From the NCBI RefSeq assembly GCF_037042905.1, contig NC_087263.1:12278001-12342000 (forward strand): 64,000 nucleotides of DNA, written 5' to 3'. The DNA is from Lytechinus pictus. Lineage: Eukaryota. Below the pieces are notes generated by a model. That model searched no databases, was not told the origin of the DNA, and worked only from the letters and a program-made list of their open reading frames with translations. A program made the position numbers and the translations under genes. Below, one piece after another: positions 38,831 through 52,064 of the stretch. How positions within the stretch are numbered: the first letter of the stretch is position 1; each line of letters begins with the position of its first letter.

Positions 38831-39621
38831 AGGACAAGTCCACCCCAACAAAAAGTTGATTTGAATAAAAAGAGAAAAATCCAACGAGCATAACACTGAA
38901 AATTTCATCAAAATAGGTTGTAAAATAAGAAAGTTATGACATTTTAAAGTTTTGCTTAATTTCACATAATAGTTATATGCACATCCCGGGCGGTAGGCAA
39001 ATGAGGGAATTGATGACATCACTCACTCACTCTTCATTTTGTATTTTATTACAATAAATTTGAAATATTCTAATTTTCTCCTCATTGTCCTGTGAAACAA
39101 GGTTTCATTTCTCACTGAACATGTGGAATTATCATTGTTTAACATTATACACTCTTAAAAATGTTGGGCAACATACGGTCCACACAACAATTGGTTAAAA
39201 CTTTATCCAATTCTGGGTAGTTTTACACCAATACTGTGTAGTTTTCACCCAAAGCACACATTATTGGTGTAAAACTACCCAGAACTGGATAAAGTTTTAA
39301 CCAATTGTTGTGTGGACCGTATGTTGCCCAACATTTTTAAGAGTGTATGGTTCAATCGAGTTGGTCCTTATTGTCAAATCTGTAAATGAAATAATTCAAA
39401 CAATAAAAAACAAAAGAAATGGTGAGTGAGGGATATCATCGATTCTCTCATTTGCATGTGACTAAATTGTGCATATAACTATTTTGTGAAAAATAAGCGA
39501 AATTTTAAAATGTCATAACTTTCTTATTTTACAACCGATTTTGATGAAATTTTCAGCACTTTGCTTGTCTGATTTTTCTCTTTTGATTCAAATCAACGTT
39601 TTAATGAGGTGGACTTGACCT
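38831..39621. mobile_element. Kolobok/T2-type MITE, same family as 564-1146, with nested insertion
   Basis: TTAA|AGGACAAGTCCACCCCAAC ... GGTGGACTTGACCT|GTAA; colinear with the first copy apart from 39150-39345. Confidence 0.9.
39150..39345. mobile_element. Near-perfect palindromic CACTCT MITE, TA TSD
   Basis: TA|CACTCTTAAAAATGTTGGGCAACATACGGTCCACACAACAATTGG ... CCAATTGTTGTGTGGACCGTATGTTGCCCAACATTTTTAAGAGTG|TA; arms about 83 bp. Confidence 0.95.
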
Positions 39622-40364
39622 GTAAAGCGAGGAAAACGAGAGCGAAAAGTCTAAAGAATCTCCCCTCCCCCTCCATGAAATGAAAAAAATCTCCGACCCA
39701 AATGAAAGCAGACGTTTCAAGTGGAAAGCTTTTTCGGAAGAAAAAACTGCTTGTGATTTTTTGTGATATAATGCACATGGAAGTGATTTGATGCTGATCC
39801 ATTGAAAAAAAGAATCAATTTGCATTCTGTGTTGTGGATATAGAAGAATGATCTGTAGAGCGCATTAGTTATTCTCCTTCCCATATGAGATTGATATTTT
39901 GATCTTTTATTTACATTGTTATAACTGATCAATAAAAGAATGATATATCTTAATATATCGTAATGATTTCAAAACATCATTCTGTCATTAGATTTCCTTT
40001 TCTCAAGGTAGGCTAATATTAAACACCACGTCCCCACGTGCTGGCGAATTTCATCGCACTCTGTTTTCATCTAATTAGTTAGTTTTGACAAATCAGTATG
40101 GTCAATGATCAAATATTCCATGTCTTCTGGACTTTGATAATAATGATAACACGTCACTTTTGATTTTTGTAGAATTTCTCTCAAGATTTTATGCTGATGG
40201 CAACTACTGGATTTTTTCTTTATTGCGATCGGATTCCAACAAATGAATCGAGTTGATAGGAGAAGTAGATGCTCATTATAGAGCTTACCACGGATGACTC
40301 ACTATCCGCCCTGAGAGTATTTATCCTTCACACCCGCCTGATCACAAAACATGGTGCTAGATAT

Positions 40365-41065
40365 GAACAGAGCATGCCACAGTATGTACCACAGTATGTT
40401 CACAATGGGTATAGCACATTGTGTAGGACATCGACTTCACTGTGTATAGAATACAGTATGTTCGCTGTGTGTATCACAGTATTTTACTGTGTGCCTTAGT
40501 GTGTTTCACAGTTTGTTTTCCATATGTGTGTACCACATAAAATTAACAGGGTGGCCCACGGTGTGTTCACACTGTGTACCACAGTGGGTTCGAAGTGTGT
40601 ACCACAGTGGATTCACAGTGTGTAACATTTTATAATCACAGTGTGTACCACATTATGTTCACAGTGTGTACCACATTATGTTCACATTGTGTATGACGGT
40701 ATGTTCAAATTGTGTATGACAGTATGTTTACAGCGTGTACGACAGTATGTTCGCAATTTGTACCACAGTGTGTTCACAGTGTCCACCACATTATACTTAC
40801 AGTGCGGAACACAGTATGAACAGTGTCTACCACGCCATGTTCACAATGTGTACCACAGTGGGTTCACACTGTGTACCACAGTATGTTCACAGTGTTTACC
40901 ACAGTGTATTAACAATGTGTACCAAAGAATGATCACAGTATGTACCAAATGATTCAGTGTGTTCACAGTGTCTACCACATGATGTTCACGGTGTGTACCA
41001 CAGTGTTTATGACAGTATTGTTAAATATCACCACAGTTTGTTAACATTTTATAACACTATGTTCA
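40365..41065. repeat. 11-bp-based minisatellite (CACAGTGTGTA/CACAGTATGTT)
   Basis: Dozens of diverged units; a similar patch lies at about 43985-44230. Confidence 0.9.
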
Positions 41066-42017
41066 AACTGTGGAAAAGGCCACTAATTTTCACTGAAAAT
41101 TTTGCTTTGAGCGCAGCAGATGCAATGATTATGTGGCCTATAACAAATAGTTTAATGATTAATGATAATGAAATTAAAAATATGTTATAGCGCTTGTCAC
41201 AAAGAATGTCTCTAAGCGCTTAAGAAAATGGAAAGTCAAAGCAATTTCAGCGAAGAAATAATTTATACATAATTGACAGTTGACAGAAGACAGTTAAGGG
41301 AGCTGAATTTGCCAAGGGAAATGGCTATTTAGCAACAACAAAAAAGGAGATTTTAGCACGGAGTTAAATTTGTATGTTGAGTTAGATTGTTTTATGCGCA
41401 CCTGAATACGTACGAGTACTTTGCGGGTATGCGGGTGTGGATTTGTCGTATTTGGTGCAGTTTATTGGCCAGAGAGTTCTTATTCAAACATCTGCCCCTC
41501 CTCGGGGCACGGCTAAACAGTCGTTAGTCCTCAATCCCCTGGGATAGGGTTCCAGACAATGGGTTTAGATGCACGTATCGAAAGCCTTTTACCACGCTCA
41601 TTAATTCGAGACACGGAGAAGAGATGGCGGTGCGATCGTGCAGCGTACGAGCCTGCTCCATATTAGTGAGTTTTAGCACCGCGTCGCAGACCGCTTTCAA
41701 GGACTTAGAAAATATATTGCCAAATGCCCTTAATGACAATGGCAACTAAAACGTCTTTGTCGAAAATTGGTCAATCAATTTCGTCCTAGACTCCGGACAA
41801 ACGACATTATTTGCATTTTTTTTCGTCGATCAGTGCCGAAACTGCTATTCCGGTTCAACAATTTTCGACAAAGACCTTCCAGCGGGTCATTGTCATTTGA
41901 CGAGCATTTGCAAAATATTTACTGTGTGCTCGAATCCGTTTTGCGTCGCGGTGCTAAAACGCCCTGTTTTTAGCTCATTCGTCATCCGTGTGCAGCAGGT
42001 ATAGCATCGTATTATAT

Positions 42018-42240
42018 GCTCAGTCACACTGCCGAAACCGATTCAATACCGATCAAAGCTGTGACGTTAATACCAATGACATACCATCGGTCGGTTTGGA
42101 GTCGGTTATGTTGGTGTGACCGAACATTGTGCTGCAGTCACACCAAAGAAACCGACTCCAGACCGATCAAAGCTATGACGTCATTACCAATGACATAACA
42201 TCGATTGGTTTGGAGTCGGTTGTGTTTGTATGACTGTAGT
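42018..42240. mobile_element. Dimer of GTCACAC hairpin MITE, inverted relative to 30052-30270
   Basis: CAGTCACAC...GTGTGACC-GAACATTGTGCTG-CAGTCACAC...GTATGACTG. Confidence 0.85.
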
Positions 42241-42460
42241 ATTAATATTGTGGATTTCTCTGTATGTTGGTTAATGACCTGCTCATTTCTAAATTGAGAA
42301 CGATATGTCACATATTAGGCATAATTGAGACGTTATTGATTATGATGTATTGCAATTACTGTAGCCAATGCATTTGTGTTTGATGTAAATCGCTCTATTG
42401 CATGGAATTATCCCCAGAAATGATTGGGATTTACAAGACTACAATCTCATTTTTTCTTAA

Positions 42461-43033
42461 AGGGGAAGTTAAACGTGCCGAAAGGATGGTTTTATCTAAA
42501 GCAGACATAACGAGGGGAAAAGGGAAATGAATCTTTGGAACAAGTAAGCTTGCGTGGAAACAGAAAAATAAAAGAGTAAGATCAAACATGTCAAAGATGA
42601 GAAAAATTAGACAACTAATGAGAAAGTTATGAGCGTTTGAATATTTCGATCACTAATGCTATGGAGATCCTCTTGTTGGCAATCCGCCGAAGAATAACTG
42701 CGTTATGATTTTTTTTGTTACGTCACAGACGTGCAGCTCCTCCGTAAATAAATTCCCAAAATGTATTGTCGGGAAAAGAAATGAAAAAATGAATATATCA
42801 TCCAGGACATCATTTTATACCCCGTATATGAGAAAAATATTTTATTCATGTATTCATTAATTAAGAAATATGACATTTACATTACCTGATGGGAAAGTCG
42901 CTCTCATTTGACGTCATAAATTAGACAAAATTGAAAAATGATAACTCTCTTTTTCTTTGAAACCTTTACCAATATTTTTCTCAATTTTTTCTGCTATTAT
43001 TAAAACCACCTTATTATAGGATGAGCTTCCCCT
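42461..43033. mobile_element. Kolobok/T2-type MITE, second subfamily
   Basis: TTAA|AGGGGAAGTT ... AGCTTCCCCT|TTAA. Confidence 0.75.
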
Positions 43034-43097
43034 TTAAAGGCAACACGCTAAACTCATCTTGAAAAGTAAGAGCTCCAGTCCAAGACCACCAGACTTG

Positions 43098-43255
43098 GGG
43101 CCCCGTTGCAGCAAAGTTACCATTATGGTAACTTTGCCTTCCAATGGCAACTTCCTTGAAATCCTTGATTTTGATTGGCTGTTGAGCCTTGTTACCATGG
43201 TAGTTACCATTTGCTGGCAAAGATACCATAATACTAACTTTTATGCAACGGAGCC
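43098..43255. mobile_element. Harbinger-like MITE
   Basis: GGGCCCCGTTGCA ... TGCAACGGAGCCC; truncated inverted copy at about 43778-43850. Confidence 0.75.
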
Positions 43256-43336
43256 CTGTCCGGAATGTAACTGTTTCATCATGTATGGTGTCATAAACAT
43301 GATTTATGCCGTCTAGAAGGAAAACTAATATATCTG

Positions 43337-43605
43337 GGCCCCGTCTTACAAAGAGTTACGATTGATCCAATCAATCGTAACTCTATGGAAATCCATCAGT
43401 GTCATAATTATTTCTACATGAAATTTGCACGATGTCCTTTGTATTACAAAGAGAAGCACACTGAATTCTCAAGAAAACAATGTATAAATGTTCATCATAG
43501 ACTTTGAAAATATTTTGAATAAACATGCATTTTAGATGTTGATGTTGCTGGCCGTCCATAGTTGTGGTTGATCGGATCTATCGCAACTCTTTTTAAGAGT
43601 GGGCC
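43337..43605. mobile_element. Harbinger-like MITE with CTG TSD
   Basis: CTG|GGCCCCGTCTTACAAAGAGTTACGATTGATCC ... GGATCTATCGCAACTCTTTTTAAGAGTGGGCC|CTG. Confidence 0.85.
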
Positions 43606-44584
43606 CTGTTCTTCTTGTAAACGTTAATATATCGAATAAGTTCCCAATGATCAATGATAATTTTCAAAAATGGATTAATGAACACATTATATCTCCACTC
43701 CTAAAAGGGTGGATTCTTTTTAAAAAGAGTAGGTTAACATCTACCTTAGATTGAGTAAGTCGCAGTTTCAATCATCTGGACCCCGTTGCATATAAGTTAC
43801 TAGTATGGTATCTTTGCCATCCAATGGTAACTACCATGGTAACAGTGGCCCTGATCGTTATATCCTCTTTCTTTCAATGCAGTCACTATCTTCATCACTT
43901 CATCGCTGCCATTGACTTCAACATCTCCATGCATATGAACATTATCATTATCGTCATCATCATCTCTTGATAGAAAGAACAAAGTGTCACACACTGTGAT
44001 CACAATATGTTCACAGTGTCGACTACATGTGGAAATATTATTCACACTGTTAAAATGCTCAAATTCAACAGTGTGAAGATATTTTCACACTGTGGACACC
44101 TCGACAGTGTGACTGTTCACAGCGTGTTCACATAGTCGACTATGTGATTCACACTGTCGAAAAGCTCAGAACTAACAGTGTGAAGGTGATTTCACATTGT
44201 GTTCCACACTTTGAACACACTGCGGGACACTGTTCTTTCTAGTAGGGTCATGATGATCATCGTCATCATCATCATCATCATCATCACCAGTAGACCTAGT
44301 TTTTATTTCAATATTATACTCAATAGAGGAAAAAAGACAAGTACATAATTTCGCGATTGTATTGTTCTTATAAAAAACCGAATGAAAATGTGCATTTTTC
44401 ACCAAGCTTTATTCTAAAAAGCAGTGATTTGCCTATTTGCTCCTTCGAGAGTAATTTTTAAATCGAGTATTTTGACATCTACTTTAGATAACCTACTTTT
44501 CAGTTTCAATTTCAGACATATAATCGTCGCTCTTTCAATGTAATCTAAATAATCATCATAATTGTCAATCATTATCGCCAATAT

Positions 44585-44587
44585 CAA

Positions 44588-44634
<47 letters not shown>

Positions 44635-44671
44635 CCACCACCACCACCACCACCACCACCACCACCAATTC

Positions 44672-44703
<32 letters not shown>

Positions 44704-44730
44704 GATGATCATGATGATCCTCCTCATCAT
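44585..44730. repeat. (CAT)n(CAC)n directly abutting inverted (GAT)n
   Basis: The strand of the triplet switches at CCAATTCATG, about 44666-44675. Confidence 0.95.
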
Positions 44731-44740
44731 CAATTTTCTT

Positions 44741-45003
44741 GGTGTAGCGGTTCCGATTCTCTCCTTGCAATCAGAGGGCGGTTTGTTCGAATCCCATTGC
44801 GGCCTAACGTCATTTTGGCAAGGCGTTAATCCACACTTTGCCACTCTCCATCCAGGTGGGTACTCAGTAGGTTGCAGAGGTCTATATAGTATGCCTAGCA
44901 ATTAAGTTTGAAAACCTCTGTCGGATTGCTCCCTTAGGTGTGGGGAAGTGCAGGCATTAATGTCATGATCCAATGAACGGGGTAATTATTTATCTGCAAA
45001 GCG
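44741..45003 (+). mobile_element. tRNA-derived SINE, family C
   Basis: GGTGTAGCGG A box, GTTCGAATCCC B box, core TTGGCAAGGCGTTAATCCACACTTTGCCACTCTCCATCCAGGTG. Confidence 0.8.
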
Positions 45004-47507
45004 AAATATTATCATAGTTATCATCATCATCATCATCGTCATCATCACCACCATCATCATTACCAACATCGTCGTCATCATCATCTTCATCACATCCATT
45101 TTAGCCCAAGTGCATAATTTAACAATTAGTCTTTGGACCATATGTGCAATACACTGAAATTGAGAGTAGAGAGTGGAATAATTATTTGAGTAACGGTCGT
45201 GTATAGGTATGAATAGGGCAAACTGGTGTAAGTAATAGGTTAACATCTATGTTAGATAGTTTCATGTGACAGATATGTACATGTCAACGACTTAATTCTT
45301 GGTTTATTATTTCTTTAGGCGCCTTAAGCACTCAGGCTTTCAATGTTTCATAGACAAACATGCCCATTTTAATATCACTTTTTAATGATTATCATAATTG
45401 GTATCATTATCGCGAAAAAAAAGAATGAATGACAGTATATTTTGCATGGTCTGTATTGAATACAGGCCTATGGGAAACATCACAAGACATACTCTATATT
45501 GGTTTCTAGAAATTGTCTTGTCTTCTTATCTGTATCGAACACAATGTCTTCCAAACACAAATCAATCAGGCTTCTAGCCACGCATGAAGCAGGAGTTGTA
45601 TACACTGTTAATAATCAGACGACTCATTATCCTCAGACCTGCTTCGGGTGACATTTAAAGGCTGGTGGGGAGGGGTGAGGCATGGACCTATAACAAATTG
45701 GTGAGCGGACAGTAGTGGATCCCAGTGGCGGGGAGGGGGGAGTCTTCCTTTCTCCACTCATTCGACACCCCTTTTTTGCTTGCTTGTCATAATATTTTGG
45801 ACAAAGCCCCCCCCCCCTCCTCTGGTCAAACCTAGAACTGCTGGTTGATATAGGGGGCACGGAAATTCCAGATATAGTAGAAATACGATTTAAGAAGCTA
45901 AAAAAAAAAAACTCGAAAAAAAAGTTAAAAATCCAGAACCCACACAAGAGTACCAAGTAAACCATAAATCACTGCTGCACTGTAGATTTAAACGCTTCTC
46001 TGTTGACTTGTGAGACATTACTGACAAGATAAGCCGTTACCCCCTCTCTTTCTCTTCCCATAAAGTCCCCCAAGTTCTTTAAAGAACATTGATACTGACG
46101 CAGAGGTAAAATGGACAACCTTCAGAACATTTCTTATTAACCAAACGCATCAAATATTCAACGACTCCGTTGTTTTCCCCGCCATCTCTCAGGTTTATAT
46201 TTGCACTTCCTTTTTCGCCGACTCCGATTACGCGGGACGAAAATATGACCACACCGCCGTCGACTGTGGACGTCTCTTCACACACCGCCCGCACGCTTTG
46301 ACACGAGCTTCGAAATCACTTAACACATTCCGCGCTTATTTCCCCCGCGTATTTGCGCGCTGCCCACACTCATTTGACAAATCACCAAGGGACGGCCATA
46401 CTGGCTAAATCGTCGCCAGACCGATCAATGCTATCACGTTATGACCAATGACAGACAATCGGTCGATCTGGAGTCGAGTTCGTAGGTGTGACTAGGCATT
46501 GTCGGGTGAATTTCGTAATCGTCTTTGGTTCATAACACTTTGGGTGTCCAATATTTGTTGTCTTCCCCCAGATTTGGTTTGTATTTTGTTGAGACTTCAA
46601 CTTGATGTTGCCACGCGTGGTTGGTTTTGAGGTGCGGTTTCAGCTGCCGTTTTGCTCGGTGGATTCGACACCTCCGCTGCTGTGATTGTCGTCATTGCGC
46701 CCCAAAATGTCGTCATTATATCCCATGAGAAGTTTGTTTTCTCCAAAATCCATGATTCCAGTTTGAAATGAATTTTGTTTTTGTGAGAGTGAGTGAGGAT
46801 CACGCACATAATGTGTGTTTGGATGTTTACTATTTTTTGTGTGGGTATAATGTCTATACTGTCTATCTAAACCAATGTCATTTTGGTGTGGACTTCACCT
46901 TTAACTCATTGAGGTACACAGCTTTTAAAAGTAAAAACAAAATCATCTTCTTTTGCTCCCCAATCGGCAACAATCATCAATTTTCTATTCATGTTCATAC
47001 CTTGAAAAAATATCGGACTATGGATATAACATGACTCCAAATGACTTTTATCTGTTTTGCTCCTTGAATTGGCATCATCCACTAATATTCCATTAATTCT
47101 TCATACCTAATTAACACAATTAAATATGGATAAAAAATCTGTCCTGATAACATTTGCCTCTCAAATTGATAACAAACACCAATCTTCTTTTTATTTTATA
47201 TGCTTTGAAAATAAATATGTATACAGGTATAACATCGGTAAAAATAATTAGAGAGCAGATTTACTAAGAAATTGCCGATTTGATACTACTACCAGACTAC
47301 TACTGCTACCAACAATAATATATTGACCTTCTATAGCGCCAAATCCACTCTATAGAGCGCCCAAGACACTGTTCAAGAATTATGAAGGAAATAAAGAAGA
47401 ATGGAAAAGAATTGTTTTTCAAATTTACATTTTTAAACGGTGTTCATTTCATCTTGTTGCCAATTGAGAATGAGTAAAGATTAACTCGAGGTAAACTTCA
47501 TTCAGGA

Positions 47508-48110
47508 ACGGCACCATATACTGAAACTATATTCCATTTGAAACTGGTAGCAATCAGTGCTGACCGCACAGAAACATTGTAAGCGCTATACAGTGCACTA
47601 ACAGAGACCCTGTTACAACCGGTAATATGGTGGCGATGCCTAATGTTGCAACAATGCATTGCTTAACATTGAAATAAATGTTTTGACTTAACAATCCGAA
47701 AGATGTGACTGAGCTTACTGTTAGCGCTCTGTTATAGGCTAACAACGTTTCTGTGCGGTCGGCACAGGACAATAAAGAAACTGCAAAAGTGTGTCGTAAT
47801 GAAGACACTCTGGGTTAAAGAACTCTATTGGCTAAAGAATACATCTTACAAAGCTAGTAAGAGATTACTTTCAGGTCATGCCGTCCTTTGCATCGGCACC
47901 TTATACTGAAATGGGAAGGGCATCACCCTTTTTCAGAACATTTCTCTCTTTCTAACTATATTCCATTTGAAACTGGTAGCACTCATGCAATAAAGAAACA
48001 GCAAAAGTGTGTCGTAAAGGAGACACTCTACCTATGTGGGTTAAAGAACTCTATGGGCTACATCTTACAAAGCTCGCAAGAGATTACTTTCAGGTCATGT
48101 CGCCCTTTAC
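47508..48110. repeat. Local tandem duplication with a TIR element (47555-47768) in the first unit
   Basis: CTATATTCCATTTGAAACTGGTAGCA and CAATAAAGAAAC..CAAAAGTGTGTCGTAA..GAGATTACTTTCAGGTCATG each occur twice; insert has GTGCTGACCGCACAGAAAC / GTTTCTGTGCGGTCGGCAC ends. Confidence 0.8.
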
Positions 48111-50538
48111 AAATTCCAATCCAATTTGAAAGTCCTTGCCCGGACCAGTCTTTAATGACTGCGGTTCAGGTGATTATTAGTATTAAGGTGCCGGGGAGCG
48201 GCGCTTCTGACAGGATTTTGGTATATGAAAATCGAATTATCCCGCTAATGCCAACCGATGTAATAAAGGAAAGGGACAGTCACACATCTACTCTCTTTAC
48301 ACAGTAAGAATGTTGTTCAAATATTTTATGCAACGTTGCCGGTTTAAAATAAGAACCTTACAGTAGTGGTTTAAATGGTTTAAACAAGTGTTTCAATTAT
48401 TAAACAAAGTTTAATTTTCAAAATTTAATTTGTAATAAACTAGACATGGTTATTAGAAGTGTTGAACAACTACTGTTAGATTTGTTGTATAGTAAAAAGC
48501 GTTGTATAAAAATTTCAACAGTATTTTTAGTTTGTAAAGCCTCCGTTCATGCACGTATATGGCAAGCCATTTCCCCCATTATCATATTTCAAGCATTCCA
48601 TACTCACTTAAAATGTTGGCTCACATGCACTATGCGATTCGTTGCGGTCCGACTTTCAAAGAAATCATAACATTTGACATGAACATTCCAACCAATAAAA
48701 TCTTCGCAATCCGAGGTCAGAATAGTTCTAGGACTACTGAAATCAAAATTCAATGTAGTTCGAGCCTCAATGTAGGAATTAAAGCAAATTCAATTCCAAA
48801 TTGTAATGACGTCATCATCGGCTGCGACTTGAAGCCGATTTGGACTTTACTCCGACAACAGGGCTTGCCGCAAAGCAAAATTATGATTTCATTATTCCTA
48901 ACATTCTGCCGAACTTCAAATAAAGTAATTTTTCTTTTTGGAACTTTCATATTTAATGCAAAATGTGATTTATTAAAAAATAATGTCGTATCGGATCGCA
49001 AAGTGTGAGACGGGCTTTACTGTGTGAAAATTACCTTACTATGTGAAATCATCTAAGCTTGAAATTGATTACATTGAACACCATCAACACAGATAAGCTC
49101 CTGTGCGACCGTATAGTTTTATTACTTGGATGAGGACCCGAAACTTTGCTGGACTGCCCTGCTAATTTTGCTAAAAAAATAAGCATTTTTATTTTGCACA
49201 TATTTTCATGAAATATATAAATACTCACAAAATACTTGGATGGTGATTTTATTGGATCCTGGTCGAACCCATTTGAGATCATCACCACAATTGGCAGTTT
49301 ATCTTCAAATGAGAACTCTGCTTTCCATATATACGCCGTCATGCGCTGGCTTACAGGTGCCATGAGCCTAATTACAGCAGGATCGCAAAAGATATTCATT
49401 CGATCCAACGCATTCGAACATTTTGTAATTTGATATTGCTGATTGGCAAAAGTGTATTAATATGATTGACCATCTTACACTGATTATAGGGAGGGCAACT
49501 ACTGGACTCCCTTTGCCCAAATTACGACGAAATAGCGATGACTTTGGAACTATTTTTTGGCTGGCGGAAGAATTAGGGCTACTTTTCTGTTTCAGGCGAT
49601 GAATATGATCCCGTGAGGAGCTGTCTTCATGAATGCCGATTTATTTATAAAAGGAGCTTGCTAAGGTACCCTGGTCAGATATGGAATGTCTGATATATGA
49701 TGTATATCCTATCCACTATGGTAGCAAACAATCAACCCTTTAATTTCAACTCTATTTTTTATATTTTTTTTAAACAGTACTATTTTAACATGGGAAAATG
49801 TTTTACGCGCATGATCCCACAATGGCTAGGTGTGACAGTTGCCTTATTCTTGAGATTGGATGGGAGACTTCGTGCATAATGCGGGTTACCGCGTACTCTC
49901 TCTGCTGTGTAATGGGGGTCACGTGTTATATTGGATGGAAGAGACGCTGCTTAGAAAGTGATGAAGAATAACGAACGCAAGATATTGGAGTCATCTTGTT
50001 TAACATGTCTAAAGCGGGGTATTACACAAAAAGTACAGTCACACGACTGGGATATGAAGAGTAGGAATACATGTAGTTTTGCATTTTATCCCTTTTCTCC
50101 CTGTTGCTTGTCCTTTCGATTTTATGCGATATTATGGTATGGTTTATTTTCGTAATTTTTCTGTTCATTTCAATTTGTTTATTGAAACCATGGGAATTGT
50201 TTGCTATTTCACACCTAGCGGATTACAATATCAGTTACACCATATGTGTATTTATATATTTTTTCATATTCTTTTTTTTTGTTGATATATTTATATACAT
50301 ATCACTTATAGATACATATTTACACTTAACTTCTTCTCTTAGTTTGTTTAATGCTTTATCATATGTCTTTTGCACATTATCAGTTGTTCCCCATTCTTTT
50401 CCTTTTTTCCCCACTCCTATGCACCAGTTTATTATGCGTTTCTTTGTAACCTGTTTGTCCCACCTCTCACTAATTCTCTTGTTATTCATCTCTTCCTCAT
50501 ACCCTCTATCACTGTTTTGTTCCAGATCCTGTTTGATG

Positions 50539-50816
50539 TTGCCTGCCTCATTATCTTAATCCCTCTTGGCTTGATGTCTTTTACTGGCCTTACTTGCACT
50601 AACTTCCCTTTGTGTCTGCCTACTCCTTTTCTTTCATCCCCTTCACTAACCTGATTGGTCTTCTCTACTCACTAATGCCCCTTTTATCTCCTTGTTTCTA
50701 GTGTTGCGGTAGCTTGTGGTCTATATTATGGTTGTTCCACTTTATATGTTTGTCATTTTGCCTCCGACGAAGATTCTGCTAGGATCGAAAGCTTAGGCCC
50801 CCTTTTGACTTTCTAT
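50539..50816 (+). mobile_element. Penelope-like element pLTR/3' end with hammerhead-like motif
   Basis: T/C-rich segment ending GCCTCCGACGAAGATTCTGCTAGGATCGAAAGCTTAGGC; inverted copy at 52127-52404; element likely extends upstream to about 50150. Confidence 0.7.
50760..50798 (+). ncRNA. Minimal type I hammerhead ribozyme-like motif, variant core CCGACGA
   Basis: Stem I GCCT/AGGC, core C-C-G-A-C-G-A plus extra A, stem II GATTCT/AGGATC with GCT loop, GAAA, palindromic AGCT stem III. Confidence 0.55.
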
Positions 50817-50914
50817 ATAATTGCATTAGTGTTTCTGTCATGGACTTAAGCATGTCAACGTTTTGTGATGACGAATGTTGGTTAAAGTTCATCACTATTG
50901 CTTAAATCAGCACT

Positions 50915-51003
50915 ATGATTATCATCAATTTCATTATCATCATTAACATTATCATCACCATCATCATTATCATAATCATCATCACCCACATCACCATCAT
51001 AAA

Positions 51004-51035
<32 letters not shown>

Positions 51036-51145
51036 TCATCAACAATATTATCATCATCAACGTCATCATCGTCATCACCATAACGACCACATCATCACCG
51101 GATTCAACATCACCATCATCAACCTCCTCCTCTTCCTCATCAACA
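50915..51145. repeat. (CAT)n-rich microsatellite
   Basis: Directly visible. Confidence 0.9.
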
Positions 51146-52064
51146 CCACGAGACGCATTTGAAGTTCAACCCTCTTGAGTATTAGACCCTCTCATTATAA
51201 TATCCTTCCTGAATGGAAGACATTTATAAGAAAGCTCATTATGATTACGTTCACCCTTCGCGTAGCTCTAGTTTCCCTTTAATTATCCGATCCCTTCCAC
51301 GGTGTGCGTCACAACATTCAATTTCTCCTGTTGCTTTTACTTACCCCAGTCTCTTGTCGATCCCCGGCTAGCCTTATGTCAAGGCTATCCGCTGTTCAAT
51401 GAGTGTTTGATGTCTAATAGGGAATAGGGTCTGATGCGGGAAGACTACTCTCACGAGCCGCGAAGCGGCAAGTCGTGGAACGCAGCGAAAGTTCGTCAAA
51501 ATGTAGTCTTCGTCAGCCCTTTGCTTATTATCCTGTAATGGTGAAAAAGAACATTACATGTATGTTTGAAGAGCCTTGTCAAAAGGCAAATCCAGTGCGA
51601 GCTCTGCTAAGTACCCAAGCATCTCACAAGCATGCATTCCAATAAAATCCCCCTCTTCATTTCAAGCCTCGTTCAGATTTTACTCGAAGGAGAAAAAACG
51701 TTTTAGGCGATGAATGCTTCTTCAATGCGGTTTACAACAAGACCTATATTCCTGCCATCAGGTATTACTTGAAGAAAAAAAAGTCCCTCCAATATTTCCG
51801 TCCTGCGAATAAATCATGCTCGTATATGTCTACACGCATTGACGTATTGAGGACGTATCAAGCTCGGTTATGTAGTCCCCTTCAGCACCCCGGAGACAGC
51901 ACGGAGTTTTCGCACCGCAACGCAGAACGAATCCTATCCCACAGCAAATGTATTGACAATTGAAGTCAAATCACAAAGAATAGCTGGGAGGTCTTTGCCG
52001 TCGAAAATTGGTTAATCGGAACAGCAGTGTCGTCCTACGTTTCGGATCTGACAAAAAGAAGAAG

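Noticed and set aside
48559..49433. ORFs of 119-149 aa
   Set aside because: No recognisable domain or splice structure, and they overlap dispersed repeat sequence.
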